Below are positions 47,769-60,556 of a stretch of DNA of 64,000 nt, one piece after another. Position numbers and translations under genes: made by a program. The notes beneath the pieces are model-generated. The model was not told where the DNA came from and did not search any database. It saw only the letters and a list, made by a program, of their open reading frames with translations. Position 1 is the stretch's first letter. Each line of letters opens with the position of its first letter. The DNA is from Laetmonice hystrix (taxonomy: Eukaryota), in NCBI GenBank assembly GCA_965235115.1, contig OZ249449.1:6324001-6388000 (forward strand), written 5' to 3'.

Positions 47769-50700
47769 GTAAGTGGCCGTTATACTTACGAGGGGTTACA
47801 ACGAGGGGGGTAGTACCGAGGGAAGGGGTAAATTGGGAGGCAGGGCAGAGAGGACGCAAGCTGGTGGGTTCACCAGTGTAGGCCTACGTCAGTGTAGCCT
47901 AGGCGGCTGGCTACGGTATAACGATACTGGCGATAGTAATAACTCGACTCGAGCATAATTATAATATAGGCTTTGGTGTTATCATAAGTTTATGCTAGCA
48001 TTTCCTAGATCTATATTGTAGACTATGCTGTAGTAAATAGACTTTAGAGTTATAGACTGTACTTTCACTCAGCAGGCAATGATTGCTGCTCTCTTCGCCT
48101 TCGGCACATTCACTTCCATGCAAGCCAAGCTCAATGTCTTGATTCTTTAAGTTAACAATGTCCAAGACTTCCAGACTCGGCCTACCCAAGAAGTCCTACA
48201 AAGCCAGGTTATTTGAAAAAAATAATTTACATGGACTGAGCAAATCAAATGTTGCAATCAGATCTGGGCCTACTTAGACTGTTAGAGTCTACTTGATAAC
48301 TTGGTGCCAGTCTCGGGAGTGGGATGGGGCGGATAAGTAGGAATCTTTGACTTTGAGGTGCACATGACCCCCTCACCCCCCCCCCCCCCCCCCACCGCCA
48401 CTACTCCCACCAGTTCACCAAGGCTGGGTCACTGAGTGGTAAGTACATTGTATACTGGGACTATAGAGGTCAGAGAAACCTTGATTGAAAATTATAGTCT
48501 CCTTGCGTTCTAATTCTCTTGTTTGAAGTACGACCTTCGTGTTTGGTCATTTAGTATAATAATCCTTTCTTTTCTTTGTTATACTCCATAAATATTGACT
48601 GTTTTGTACCGACCAACTGGACCAAGACATGGTGGACCTTTGGATGTGCCCTTTTTACTGGTCAACTGACATGTACCGATATGTAGCCGCTGAGATGACA
48701 GATTGTTTGTTCAGCGTTCAAGGTCATGTTATTTATAATGACAATATTTTGATTCATAACAGACTGGGATTACACCCGTCTTACCCCACAGAGGGGTGGC
48801 TGGGAGTGGGGTAACCCGTTAAGGGGGGTTGTCACAGAGACCCTTCCACCCTCCTCCCCCGCTGTCCAGTCCAGGGGCCCAGACTTGGTCCTCCAATGAT
48901 GCTGTCCTTGTAAAATCACAACCACCACTCAACCCTATCTTGTCAGCGATTTTCAAGTGGTGTTGAGTGGGCTATTTTAATCATCAGATCTTCACTTCCA
49001 AGTTCCATTAGTGGCCGGCATCCTGGCCGGAGTTTCTGAGACCTTTGGCTTTCCTTACTATTCTTTCATTCAACCGTTGTTTGTGTTGAGAATCAGGGCC
49101 CGCCGTCCCCCCAGCCCCTTGGTTCATTGTACCACCATACAGGGCCCACAGTTAGTCCACCGACCTAACTTATCATTAAGATCTTCACTGTACTCAGGGA
49201 TGGCACCTGTCAAGGTCACCTGATCAGACAGGTAATTGCCACTTTGTGACCCCATTGTCAGTGTGTCACGTGACCGACCGACCAGTGTGGTGGAGAACAA
49301 CGGTTACGTCAGTGTGATCAGTCGATGGTGTCCACCACACTGACTGAGGTCTCACACAGTCCCCCCACCGCCCAACCTGAACAAGGGATTTGTTGTGGCC
49401 ACTTTGGGTATTATTATGTAGGCCGACACAAGTTGAGATCAATGAAGACCTATTACACGGAGGGGCTGACGAAAAGTACCGTTGTATAGAACTTAACATA
49501 GATTAAAGAAGTTATCAGCTTGATTTTATTTTTGACAACTGTGGCTAACCACACATAAAAATGGGGGATGGGGGACAAAAGGGTCAAGTATGACAAAAGA
49601 ATTAGAGTGCCCCCCCCCCATCTGCCTGGGAGGGATGCCTTTTTTCTGCCGGCAAAACATTCAAAGAGAGCCATACACTTGAGGTTCATATCTGGACGCG
49701 GTCGGTAGCGGTGTGGAGTGGCCCTTGACCTCAATGGTCAGTACTGACCACAACCTGAGATACTCGATGTTCCGGTGTTCCGGTATCTACCTTCCGGGTC
49801 CATATGTGCTCCCCTGACCAGTAACAAGAACTGAAAGTCTGCGCGTCCGCTGCCTCAAGTTCAACTCTCAATGTGAAGAGGTTTAGAGTAAAAATTTTCG
49901 CTTTTACTTTCGAGTTTGTGTTTTAATTTACGGCTGAAGCAACCATCTCCACTTGATTAGAGTTGATGGGGCATGGGCAATTAGCATATCAGCGGAAAGA
50001 AGTAAACGATGGAAGCTATAGAACGCGTCACCGGCCGGTCGGATCTTATCCTAAATGATCATGTCCCCTGCAAACCGTGGGCGAGAGGCTCTCACATATT
50101 TATTACCATATCGCACACTTGGGTCTGGGGGTGCGGGTGGGATGGGGGGGGGGGGGTGATGAAGTGCGTCTTTCCCCCGAACTGATTGATGAAGGAATTT
50201 ATGAGATCTGTACTTGTGTGGAAGTTTTTGTTGCAGCAGCATTTTTCAAGTGTTTTTTTATTTCAGGAGTTATGTCTCGGGAGTACCGGGAGTTACTGTA
50301 AGAAGTTGAATCCATTATTTTGTCTTGAGTGAATAGATTTACAGATCGTGATCAGATATCATGTGACATAAATGTGTCTGTGTGGGAGCTAGAAAAGATG
50401 ACTGGCAGAACTTTGAACCGTGTAAAATACCGATTCTTCACCTCTGGTTCCATGACGTTATGGTTCAATGTCAGATGTCATTTTGATTAACTATGAGATG
50501 ACATTACACATTAACTTTTACATAATTCTGATCCAGTATTTATGTCAGTATACTGCAGTTATCTGATATCACTTTAAATGCGCATCTTGAACATATAAAT
50601 TTCATGTAGCATCAGATCGATGGGACGGGACGACCTCAAAGAATTAAGTCAGTCTCCTTCAGACAGAGCCTCTTTTTTGAAGCGCTGTGTAGCATTTAAA

Positions 50701-50957
50701 TGTTCCTGCAAGAAATGAGCAAATACCTTTTAAAAACAATTAAAGGCAACAAAGAGAAAAAAGATAAATGTATTCTTAGAATGATCGTGATTAAAGGAGA
50801 AGAAAGAGGTCGCAGATGGGGAGAGTGATTTAATTGGAAGGTAAGTACAAAGGGACTGTCCTTGATGTGACCTTGGACTTGAAGATGGGGGTTGTTTGTA
50901 ATCTGGTAACAGAGTAAGTTGTTGGAGCAGTCTGAGCGCGGAGCGGTTGTCTCAGGG

Positions 50958-51221
50958 ATGGGAAAGTTTAAACTATGGGAATGGGGGAAGTTTGAATTAT
51001 AGGAATGGGGGAAGTTTGAACTCTAGGAATGGAGGAAGTTTGAATTATAGGAATGAGGCAGTTTGAACTATAGGAATGGGGGGAGTTTGAATTATAGGAA
51101 TGGGGCAGTTTGAACTCTAGGAATGGGGGAAGTTTGAATTATAGGAATGGGGCAGTTTGAATTATAGGAATGGGGGGGGGGGGGAGTTTGAACTAGATTC
51201 CTACAGGAATGGAGGAAGTTT
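50958..51221. repeat. Degenerate minisatellite, ~24-bp unit x~10
   Basis: Unit approximately TAGGAATGGGGGAAGTTTGAA(T/C)T(A/C). Confidence 0.9.
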
Positions 51222-52723
51222 TGTTGGAGATTTGGGATGTTGGTGTAGGTATGACTAAGGTTTTGTCTCAGGACTGAACAACATTGATGGAATTTTACTC
51301 CCCCCCCCCCTCCCATTTCGTAGGAATACTACCCGGTACCACGGAGCTCCCCTCTGCTCCACCCATTCCTCTGACTTTTACCTGCCGACTTCCATACCAA
51401 AATGACCATCCAACTTTGGCCCGCACGCACCGCCGCCGACAGTAACAACAGCTCCCCCTAGTGGCGTTAACAGGCAGTCGTCACGCGATCGTCACACCGG
51501 CTGTCCTCAAGTGTGTGGTCATCACACTGATGTCATGACAACAAGACGATGGGAGTCACGGTAACATTGGCTCTTCTTCACCTGTGATCGTTGAACCGTG
51601 ACGGTGTGTGAATGCGGGGGTGTGGGGTAATCAGGGGTGATCACGTGTGTGGTACGTTCTGAACAGGTGCGGTAATGGCTCTTTGAAAGGTTCCTAGAAC
51701 GATTACTTAGGATTATAGAAAACTGAGCACATTCCAATTTGATGGCAAATATTCAGTCTGGGGCATATTACGAGGTTTTAAGTAAATAAGGAAATAAGTA
51801 CAGAAAGAAACAGCTCTAGAAGGAACGAATAAAGGAAGTAAGGAACAAAAAAACATAAAGAAAGAAAAGAAAAAAGAAGCAAGGCTCTTTCGTACACTGC
51901 TGGCAATTTTGAGAACCTTTTCTTGGGTGACCACTTGTATGATTTATTGAGGGTACTGGTACATTAAGAAAATGTCATTGTCCTGGTTGGATTACTCAGC
52001 GTTATCTGCCAATATCGGCCTGACAGGGCAGCGTTGTGATTTGCCAGCAGACTCCAGTTGATATGGAGAACCCTCAAGTACTAGAGGAGCGGTTTACAGG
52101 AGGACACTGGATGCCTCCAATGTTTACCGGCCCCCTGTGGAGTGACCAAGGGTCAGCGTTGACCCCCAGGGGTCAGTCCAAGCCTAGACCCACTGACGCG
52201 GAGTGATACCAGTCAGTGCAGTCCAGGTGATGGGTCTCTTCACTTGTTTACTGATGTTTACCGCCAGGTGGGAAGTCGGGTGGTAAGGGTATCAGCAGAT
52301 ATCGAGTCCCAGGTGGGGTGCCACCCCATACCCTAACACCCCCTCCCCCAGACTGACCAGGAACCCCTCAGAGCACACCCCTCTGTAGGGGCAACGAGAC
52401 TAGGTCTGTCTAGTCTCGTTGGTAGGGGTTACATGATAGTGGCCCCCTTTCCCATCGAGGTGCAATAACCCAAGAACATGTGTTGGTAGGCGAAACAAGC
52501 CACTTGATCAGATTAAGGGGTGGGGTGAATTATGGAGGGGAGGGGTGGACGCCGGGGGTGTGTGGGGTGGGGTGGGTAGCTGGGGGTGAGGGTGTTATAT
52601 AGACTCTGGTATTGATTTTCAGAGGGTAGTGAAATATTGTCTAGTAACGGGAGATCACTGCAAAGGGGGTGTGGAGGGATCGGTGGGAATGGGGTGGGGT
52701 GAGTTTTCACCCTTGGCTTAAAG

Positions 52724-53159
52724 TTCATCCTAGGTTCGGAACATTCACCTCAGAACACTCTAGAGTGATTTCATCCTAGGTTCAGAACACTCTAGAGTGA
52801 TATCATCCTAGGATCAGAACACTCTAGATAGAGTGATTTCAACCTAGGTTCAGAACACTCTAGAGTGATTTCATCCTAGGATCAGAACACTCTAGAGTGA
52901 TTTCGTCCTAGGTTAAGAACACTCTAGAGTGATATCATCCTAGGTTCAGAACACTCTAGAGTGATTTCATCCTAGGATCAGAACACTCTAGAGTGATTTC
53001 AACCTAGGTTCAGAACACTCTAGAGTGATTTCATCCTAGGATCAGAACACTCTAGAGTGATTTCGTCCTAGGTTCAGAACACTCTAGAGTGATTTCGTCC
53101 TAGGTTCAGTTCACTCTAGAGTGATTTCATCCTAGGTTCATAGCGCTCTAGAGTGATTT
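52724..53159 (+). repeat. Minisatellite, 32-bp unit x~13
   Basis: Unit CCTAGGTTCAGAACACTCTAGAGTGATTTCAT. Confidence 0.96.
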
Positions 53160-55099
53160 TATAATACGTTGTAGTGAGTTGATAGTGAGTCTGTGGACCA
53201 GCTCACTGTGATAATAATGGTTGTCTGTGGACCGGCTGACTATAAAATGGCTGCCTCAGTGCCTTTTTTGACAGCTTTCCCTGTCAGATCCCCCTCCCCT
53301 GGTCAGAATCCTGAGTATAGTGAATACTCGGTGAAAGGGTTCTGAGTGAGACACCCCAGCCCTGACCCACAGCACGACCCAGGAACCTGTGACATCGTCA
53401 TCCAGGTAGAGATCAAAGGGTCACAGGTGTGAAGATAAAAGGGGTAGGGTAATTAGCAGTGAACACCTGAGGAGCAGTCGGGGGTGGGGTGAGGGGTGAG
53501 GGTGTTACAATGGTACCCAACCCTCCACCCTGGACCCCGGTGCGTACAGTCAATTGGATTGAAACTCGGGTGGCTGACCATCATAGCGTACTGTCCAGAC
53601 CGTGAAGAAATGGTCAGACTGTGGGGAACTGACTATGGAAGGGGTCGCAGACAATGGGGGCTAACCACTAGAAAGTACTCAGACAATACGTGCAGGCAGG
53701 CGGGGGGAGGGGGGTCCTACGGGCATGGAAGGTCAAGCGTGGACAATATCAACAATTCCAGAATTCATGTTTCTTACAATTCACACGTGTTACAGTTCAG
53801 TTGGCCTCATGTTGCTGCTGTGATTCTTTTTGCACCTTCTGGTCTTTCCGGTTCCTGGAAAATCTTCTGTTTTTAGGAAGCCGGAAGATTTTTATGAGGG
53901 AGTCTGTAGAGGTAGGCATTTCGACAAAAATGATTTCAAAAACTTATGGGGGGAATAACTGATTTGGGATCTACCCCAAAAACTAGTCTGCATGAAACCC
54001 TGAATTGAGGCAGTTAAATTATAAAACTTGATTAAGTATGTGTCCGATGAGAATACTAAAGTGTCGTAGAAGTAGACAAAAAATCCAAATAGTAGAAGAC
54101 AACCCAACTTCTCTGACGGATGTCTTGACCAATTAGGTACTTCATTTTTTTTGGTTTGCCCCAATTGTTGCCAACTCTCGCCCCGTCTCTGAGTGGTACT
54201 TTCCGTCGACCATGTTACAAATCCTGTTTTTACTGACGTCCGGTCGATGAGACACCACTTAGCGTCGAGTGGGTGTTCGGGAACAAGTAGTCCTTGAGGT
54301 TCTTGTTACATGTTTACAGAGATACATTTGGGGTCGTTTGGTCCCCGTGATTGACGGCCACTCTGACCGGACAGGTGGAGGTACCGTCCTCAAACATGAA
54401 AAGAACACGTTAATTATGAAAGGTCACGACAGAAGCCCCTAGCTACCCGGATGTTTAGAACTGGGTCAGTGTGACCTAGATCACGAGAGGCGGCAGGTAT
54501 ATGAGGGTGCATGAGGAGGTATGCTGGTCGTTGCCAATTTGCGAAATGTCAGAAACGTTTCCTAGGGGACATTTCCGTTTCGTTCTGTTTTAAAAGGGAT
54601 TCTCATGAACGCTTTCATGAATATTCTGGGATGGGACCTGGTGGAAAGAGGACTTAATAGTGCGCAACATGAAATATTTAAAACAAAATTTTTGCATCCC
54701 ATCTTTTCTCTTCATGATAATGCCGGTTTATACGAAACGGTGGCTCCCTTTTTTGAAATTCTAAAAGTAAAGGTAGAACTTCAATTCAAAGATTTTATTC
54801 CGATTTGTGAAAAGAAATAGATTTAGCGAATACATGTGCACACTCTAGAAGGGTAAAACGGAAACGCAGAGTTATAGACACTGTAAGTAGAAGACTAAGC
54901 GACCAGTCGGCACTTAGAGGAACGATGCCAGTAGCATTACCCAGAGCTGGCACCAACGGGGTGGAAGCCAGGGTGCCAACACCCCACCCAGACACCCACA
55001 CTCCATGACAGTCAGGTCAAGGAGGCCAGGATCAGAAAAAAACATGGCGGGGCAACTCCAAACGTTTCTTACAGGCTGAAAGGAAACAATGTTTGAGAG

Positions 55100-55600
55100 C
55101 GGTCTTCAAAAACTAAGACAAACTTGTGTTGTGGATGTAAAATACTCAGAGACGGATCAGCCTAAAGCTTTGTGTTGTCAGGAGAAAAAGTATAGGAGTT
55201 CAGAATGGTAAGAAAAGCCGGTCCTAGTCATGTAGTGCCAACGTTCAGGGACAAGTACAAGGTCAACTACTGCAGAGTGAGAACAGACAGACTTCTAAAA
55301 CAAGGGGATTCCAGGATTCTATGGCACAAAGTATATTCACAGGAGTACTTCAGAAAGCAGAAGTCTGTGGGATTAGATTGCTCCATGGAAATTCCCATGA
55401 GATTTGTGACAAGAAATAGAAATTCAGTGAGCTATTCCTTGGTCGTCAGACCTTGCCCAATCCTGACAGCCATAACCCTGAATGACGAATTATTGAGAAT
55501 GATAAACTCTATAAAAGTTTTTGTATGACGATGCAATATTTCACCTGATCGCTGATTTGTCAAACTCTGAAGACTTACAACCACAGATTTCTATTACAAG
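55100..55600 (+). pseudogene. Probable highly decayed mariner (Tc1/mariner) transposase C-terminal fragment
   Basis: Colinear degenerate motifs across frameshifts: YSETDQP (~YDPETKxQS), TFRD (~VFWD), GIRLLHGNS at 55369-55395 (~GVLLLHDNA), PWSSDLAQS at 55437-55463 (~PYSPDLAPS), QP/TDFYYK near 55560-55590 (~QPxDFYxxG). Identified by eye; no TIRs found. Confidence 0.45.
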
Positions 55601-55887
55601 TACATGTGTTCTGTGCCATGTTGCCCAGTATAATTATCTTGTCCTGACACATGGTGTCATGCCGAACCATCCGATCAGTGAGTTGTTACAGTCAACATGC
55701 CATGCCCCACACCTCCCCCACTGTTACCTGTGCCGTGAGTCAGTGACCAGCTATGGCGGCCCCCACTGCGGGCACCATCAGCGCGCAGGACCGGAAGTAG
55801 CGGGTGATAACGCGAGACGGGAGACATGTGACAGCAGGTTTCCTCGGGAATTGATCGCTGATTGTGGGCTCTTATGGGATGTCGGCC

Positions 55888-56357
55888 CAGCCTGGGTCAC
55901 ATCCCTGGGCCACAACCCTGGGACACAGCCCTGGGCCACAACCCTGGGCCACAGCCCTGGGCCACAGCCCTGGGACACATGCCTGGGCCACAACCCTGGG
56001 CCACAGCCCTGGGACACATGCCTGGGCCACAACCCTGGGACACATCCATTGAACACAACTCTGGGATACAGCCCTGGGCCACAGCCCTGGGACACAGCCC
56101 TGGGACACAGCCCTGGGACACAGCCCTGGGCCACAGCCCTGGGCCACAGCCCTGGGCCGCATCCCTGGGCCACATCTCTGGGCCACAGCCCTGGGACACA
56201 TCCATTGAACACAACTCTGGGACACAGCCCTGGGACACAACCCTGGGACACAACCCTGGGCCACAACCCTGGGACACAACCCTGGGACACATGCCTGGGC
56301 CACAACCCTGGGACACAGCCTTGGGCCACATCCCTTTGACACAGCCCTGGGACACAG
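55888..56357. repeat. Minisatellite, 13-bp unit x~36
   Basis: Unit CCCTGGG(C/A)CACA(G/A/T). The variant CCATTGAACACAACTCTGGG recurs 156 bp apart (~56047, ~56203). Confidence 0.96.
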
Positions 56358-57078
56358 TGGCGTCCAGGGGAACAGGTCCGTCCAGGGGAAGGAGTGAATG
56401 GCTGCTCCCTTACACGTCCGCGCTGGTGGTGCTCAGGGAGGATGCTGCCTCCCAGGTCCATCCTGAAAGTGGATTGGTAAGGTGCTCCCTCACAGGTCGG
56501 TCCGGTCAGGTCCTGAGCGGGGCGTTCCCACGGTAGTAACACAGACATTCACATATAATGATGCTGACTGAAGACACCACCAAACTCCCGCAGTCTCCGC
56601 ACAAAAAGATTGCGGTGATCTGTGAATCAGGAGGTTGGCGTACGTTTGTAAGTCTCTCGGTGTTTTACCTCAGGTTAAGTGGAGGTCGACCCATCATCCG
56701 TGCCCCAGGCGTGTTTACACAGCTTGGAGGGCGAGTATTTTATCAGTTCGTCTTCCTGGCAGGTCGACAGGTCCCACATGGTTCGTGGCATTGGGCGTTT
56801 TTATGGTGTCATCCCAAAAACACTCCATGCCCTCATATTTTGTCGAGTACGTTCATTGAAGGATCGTAAGGGCAAGGTTTTAGGGTGAGGTCAACTAAAT
56901 AAATAATAAATTATTTTTACCGATCTATATGCAAGAGCTTCTTTGGAAGTCATCCTGCAGTTTCCCGCGGGCCCATTCTAAAGGGGGTTTCCAAAAATGG
57001 GTTGCCCCCACAGTATTTTCTTATTTCATAGCCCTTAGGCCTACCCTCGCAACCCCCCCCCCCCCCCAAAAAAAAAAG

Positions 57079-57221
57079 CTCTGAACCTAGGACAAAATAG
57101 CTCTAGAGTGTTCTGAACCTAGGATGAAATCACTTTAGACTGTTCTGAACCTTGGATGAAATCACTGAGTGTTCTCAAACTAGGATGAAATCACTCTAAG
57201 AGTGTTCTAAACCTTGGATAA
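57079..57221 (-). repeat. Inverted, degenerate copy of the 32-bp minisatellite (~4.5 units)
   Basis: CTCTAGAGTGTTCTGAACCTAGGATGAAATCAC is the reverse complement of the 52724-53159 unit. Confidence 0.9.
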
Positions 57222-57780
57222 AAGCCTGTCCTGCTAATCTCCGTTTCCGTAGCTCAGTTTGGTGTGAGATGCAGTATTGGATCACTTGAATCGACTACCA
57301 CAGTAGATTGGAATAGTAGTCCTGTGTGACTGTGAGTCATTTGAGATATGCTGAATCATGTGTATGTCTCTGTCTCCTAGTCCTAGAGAGGTTTTGTCGA
57401 CATGACTTGATATCGTTTATCTATTGGTGGTTCCCCGGCTGATATTGGTGGTACCTAGGGGTAGGGGTGGGGGTTGGGGCCTTTGACATGTTTGGTTATT
57501 CTGTGGGTGTCTAGGATCGGGTAGAGTTACTACCACGGCCCCTGGGGTCGTACCCCCGGCGGGTTGAGGGGAGTGCCCCCTCCTTCTCGATCACAGTGGG
57601 TGTTCGCATCCCCTACTTATGAGGAACTTTTGGAGAGGGGTTTGGGGGTGGGGGCAGGGATGTCCCTGGGTCTAAGACAGCCCCAGACTGAGGTACCTTG
57701 TACATCTTTCCTGAGTTTTGTATATTGTAATGTTTCAGTCCTCATCCTCTTAAGGGAAATTATCATCGCTTGCTTTCCTA

Positions 57781-57876
57781 CTCTCTCTCTCTCTGTCCCT
57801 CTGTCTCTATCTGTCTCTGTCTCTCTGTCTCTCTCTGTCTCTCTCTGTCCCTCTCTGTCTCTCTCTGTTTCTCTCT
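57781..57876. repeat. Compound CT/GT microsatellite
   Basis: (CT)n interrupted by GT/CC. Confidence 0.9.
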
Positions 57877-59600
57877 ACCCCATCTCTGCTCGGCAGCTCC
57901 TATCAATGCCCCATCCCTGTCCATGTGCCTCTGTCCCAATCCTAGCCCTTATCCCTCTCCCTCTCCATGTCCCTATGCCTGCCCCGTTTCTGTTCCCGTT
58001 TAGAGACTAGCCCCCCCCCCCCCCCCCATGGCGGCCAGTATAGGTTGAGACTGTGTATCCAAAGATACTGTTTCTGGTGCCAGCACAGTTCCCGTGTGTA
58101 TTGACAGTAGGAAGTCATCCACGCCCAAACGTCTATTCTCCTTCCTCCCGTGTCAAACAATGGAGTACATGGACCTCAACACCAGAGGCCCCCAGTCACC
58201 CAACTCCTCCAGGCTACTCCAGGGCAGGGGTCAAGTTTCCTTGTAACTAATGGCCGCATGCGTCCCCAAAACCCTTTCTCCTCAAAATTGAGGAGTCGAG
58301 GAGCCGGTTGCTATGGTTACCGGGAGGTGTAGGGTGAGGGTGTGTGTGGACACAGTGCAGACTTCGGGTGTCAGGTCACAGCTGACTCGGTAGGTGAAGG
58401 TCGGATTCGGTTGGTTGCCATGGGCAACAGTTTGGCGTCTTCTCCGGTCATTATGGGCGTTTCAACGACAGATCATAGCAGGATAGCAACTGAAAGTATT
58501 CCAACGAAAAAGAAGTTTTGGCCTTTCAGCTTTTTAAGTAAACCAGTTTAAAAAAAAAAAAAAAAAAACGGAAAGAAGAAGAGAAAGAAAGAAGTCTAAA
58601 GTCGATTAGGACATTTAACCCTTTCAAACTTGTTGGGGTTTTTTTGCTGGTCGTCATAATCGGTATGAACCTTTGTAACGACAAAGGAAAGGACCGAAAT
58701 AGACCTTAGGATGCACCTCGATGATGTATCGTATAAGGCATGGTGACAGCTGTTGCTATGGTAACGATATAATTGGGGGTTTTACGTCTGCTGCCATGGA
58801 CCATGGTAACAATGCAATAGGGAGAAGTTAGTATTGTGTTCGTCACTCAACCTCGGTCGCCGGGAGGACGAAACCAGATACACAATTAAGTGTGCCAATT
58901 CAAAGTACTTCACGGTGCCTATAGTAGAAACCTACTCTAGGCGGACCTTCCTCCAGGCGACCCTTCCTCCTCCAGGCGAACCTGGGCTAAATGGGACCAC
59001 ATGACACAGGGCCACCTCCAGCAAGTGGTCGCCAGGAAAAAATGTTGCCTGGAGTGAAAAATGGTGGGAGGGAGAAAAATACAGGTCGTTGTCCAGTTTG
59101 AGTGTGTCAGTCATTCGTCAAACGTGTAGGAATTTGTTGAGGTCAGGCAAGGGGGGGGGGGGTTATTCATGATTATTACACCCCCACGCATGGGGAAGGG
59201 GGCAGGGGATGGGGTGGGGGTGATGAGACTTACAGGGCTTCAAGAAGTGTCGGGTTTCGACAACTCGCATTGTAAATACATGTATCAGACTTTTTTGCTT
59301 TACAGCAACAGTTGGTTTACAACGGAAAAATGCAGGTTTTTCTGCTACGTCTATAGTGTGAAGGCTGATGAAATGGTGAGCAAAGTTGTTTACATTTTCT
59401 TATCAATATTTGTCAGAAATAGTGAGAAATGAAACCAGGTCAAAGGCGAGCCTACGTATTTATTTGTTGCGTGATGACTTGAAAAACGGAAACTTGATGA
59501 AGGTTCACTGTAGCACTGTACAAGGATGTGGTCTTGATACAAACGTCTGCTGCTCTAGTTACTCTAGAGTACAAAGTACTGACTGAGTAACAAAGCTTGA

Positions 59601-59708
59601 CGGCCCAGTCTTGCGTCAGCTTCTGATTGGCTGGTCTATTTAGACCAGCCAATCAGAAGCATTAAGCTTAAGCTTAAGCAAGATCTTAGGTTTTTACAAA
59701 CTGGACCC
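59601..59708. mobile_element. Palindromic MITE with a central CCAAT hairpin (left arm partly deleted)
   Basis: Perfect 20-bp arms GCTTCTGATTGGCTGGTCTA (59619-59638) / TAGACCAGCCAATCAGAAGC (59641-59660). Termini GGCCCAGT ... AAACTGGACCC. The right arm matches the left arm of the 63424 copy. Confidence 0.75.
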
Positions 59709-60556
59709 AGATGACGAGTTTGCCTTTCATCCGCATATTTTGAAGTGATTCACTTGTAATCATTTTACAGTTGTTGTTTTGGTTACTATCTTTTTCAACG
59801 AATAAGATTAGAACTGAACCGTCTCGCCGCTCCCATTAACGGCGAACCTTGAAGGTTCTCCAGAGACAAGCCGAGTCCCTGACCCTTCCAGCGAATGTTA
59901 ATTAATTGAAGTGACCTGCTACAAATTAATGTCTCATGGACCCGGCTCGAATACCACCCTCCCTACAGTACAACCGTATGGTTCTCATTACCGGTACCAT
60001 ATATATCCTCTGACTCGAGTCCCAATCATCGCCACTGATTCTGTAATTAGGGACTCGGAGGGGGGCATGGAGGTCCAGGAAGGGGGCGGGGGGATATGGC
60101 ACACCACTTGGAGACACTATATTGTCGGTATTTGTCTTGAAGACATGATGTGAGGGAAACTGCCAGTGGAGAACGTTTCTTGTCACTTGTAGTATCCGCA
60201 CTGGGTGGTGAGGGCCTCAAGGATATGACCAAGTTACGCCATGATCAGGGAAAACCTGGGACCATGATATTGTGGGTTTGGGACAGGGATTAGGGGTCAT
60301 AGGGACAGGGACCGTAGGGACAGGGGCAGGGATTGGACAGTGACAGGACTCCTGAGCAGGGTCATGGGTAGTGATAAGGGCAGGGATACCGATAGGGATT
60401 GGAACAGGGGCAGCTAGGGGTAGGGACAGGGTTAGGGATCCTTTTTGGGGGTTGTCTGGGGACTCGGACAGAGGATTCGGGCGAGGAACTGTGAACTCTT
60501 TTTTTTCTTTCCCACCGTATTTCATGGGCCGTTACGGGGATCTATATTATAAGGGG

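Noticed and set aside
52392-52421. 12-bp perfect hairpin as a miRNA precursor or terminator
   Set aside because: The stem is too short for a pre-miRNA and does not extend, and intrinsic terminators do not apply to this eukaryotic context.
55521-56548. 224-272-aa ORFs on both strands
   Set aside because: They are produced by the stop-poor 13-bp array cycling through frames; the peptides have no domain content.
57245-57295. tRNA-like start GTAGCTCAGTTTGGT
   Set aside because: No intact B-box or acceptor stem.
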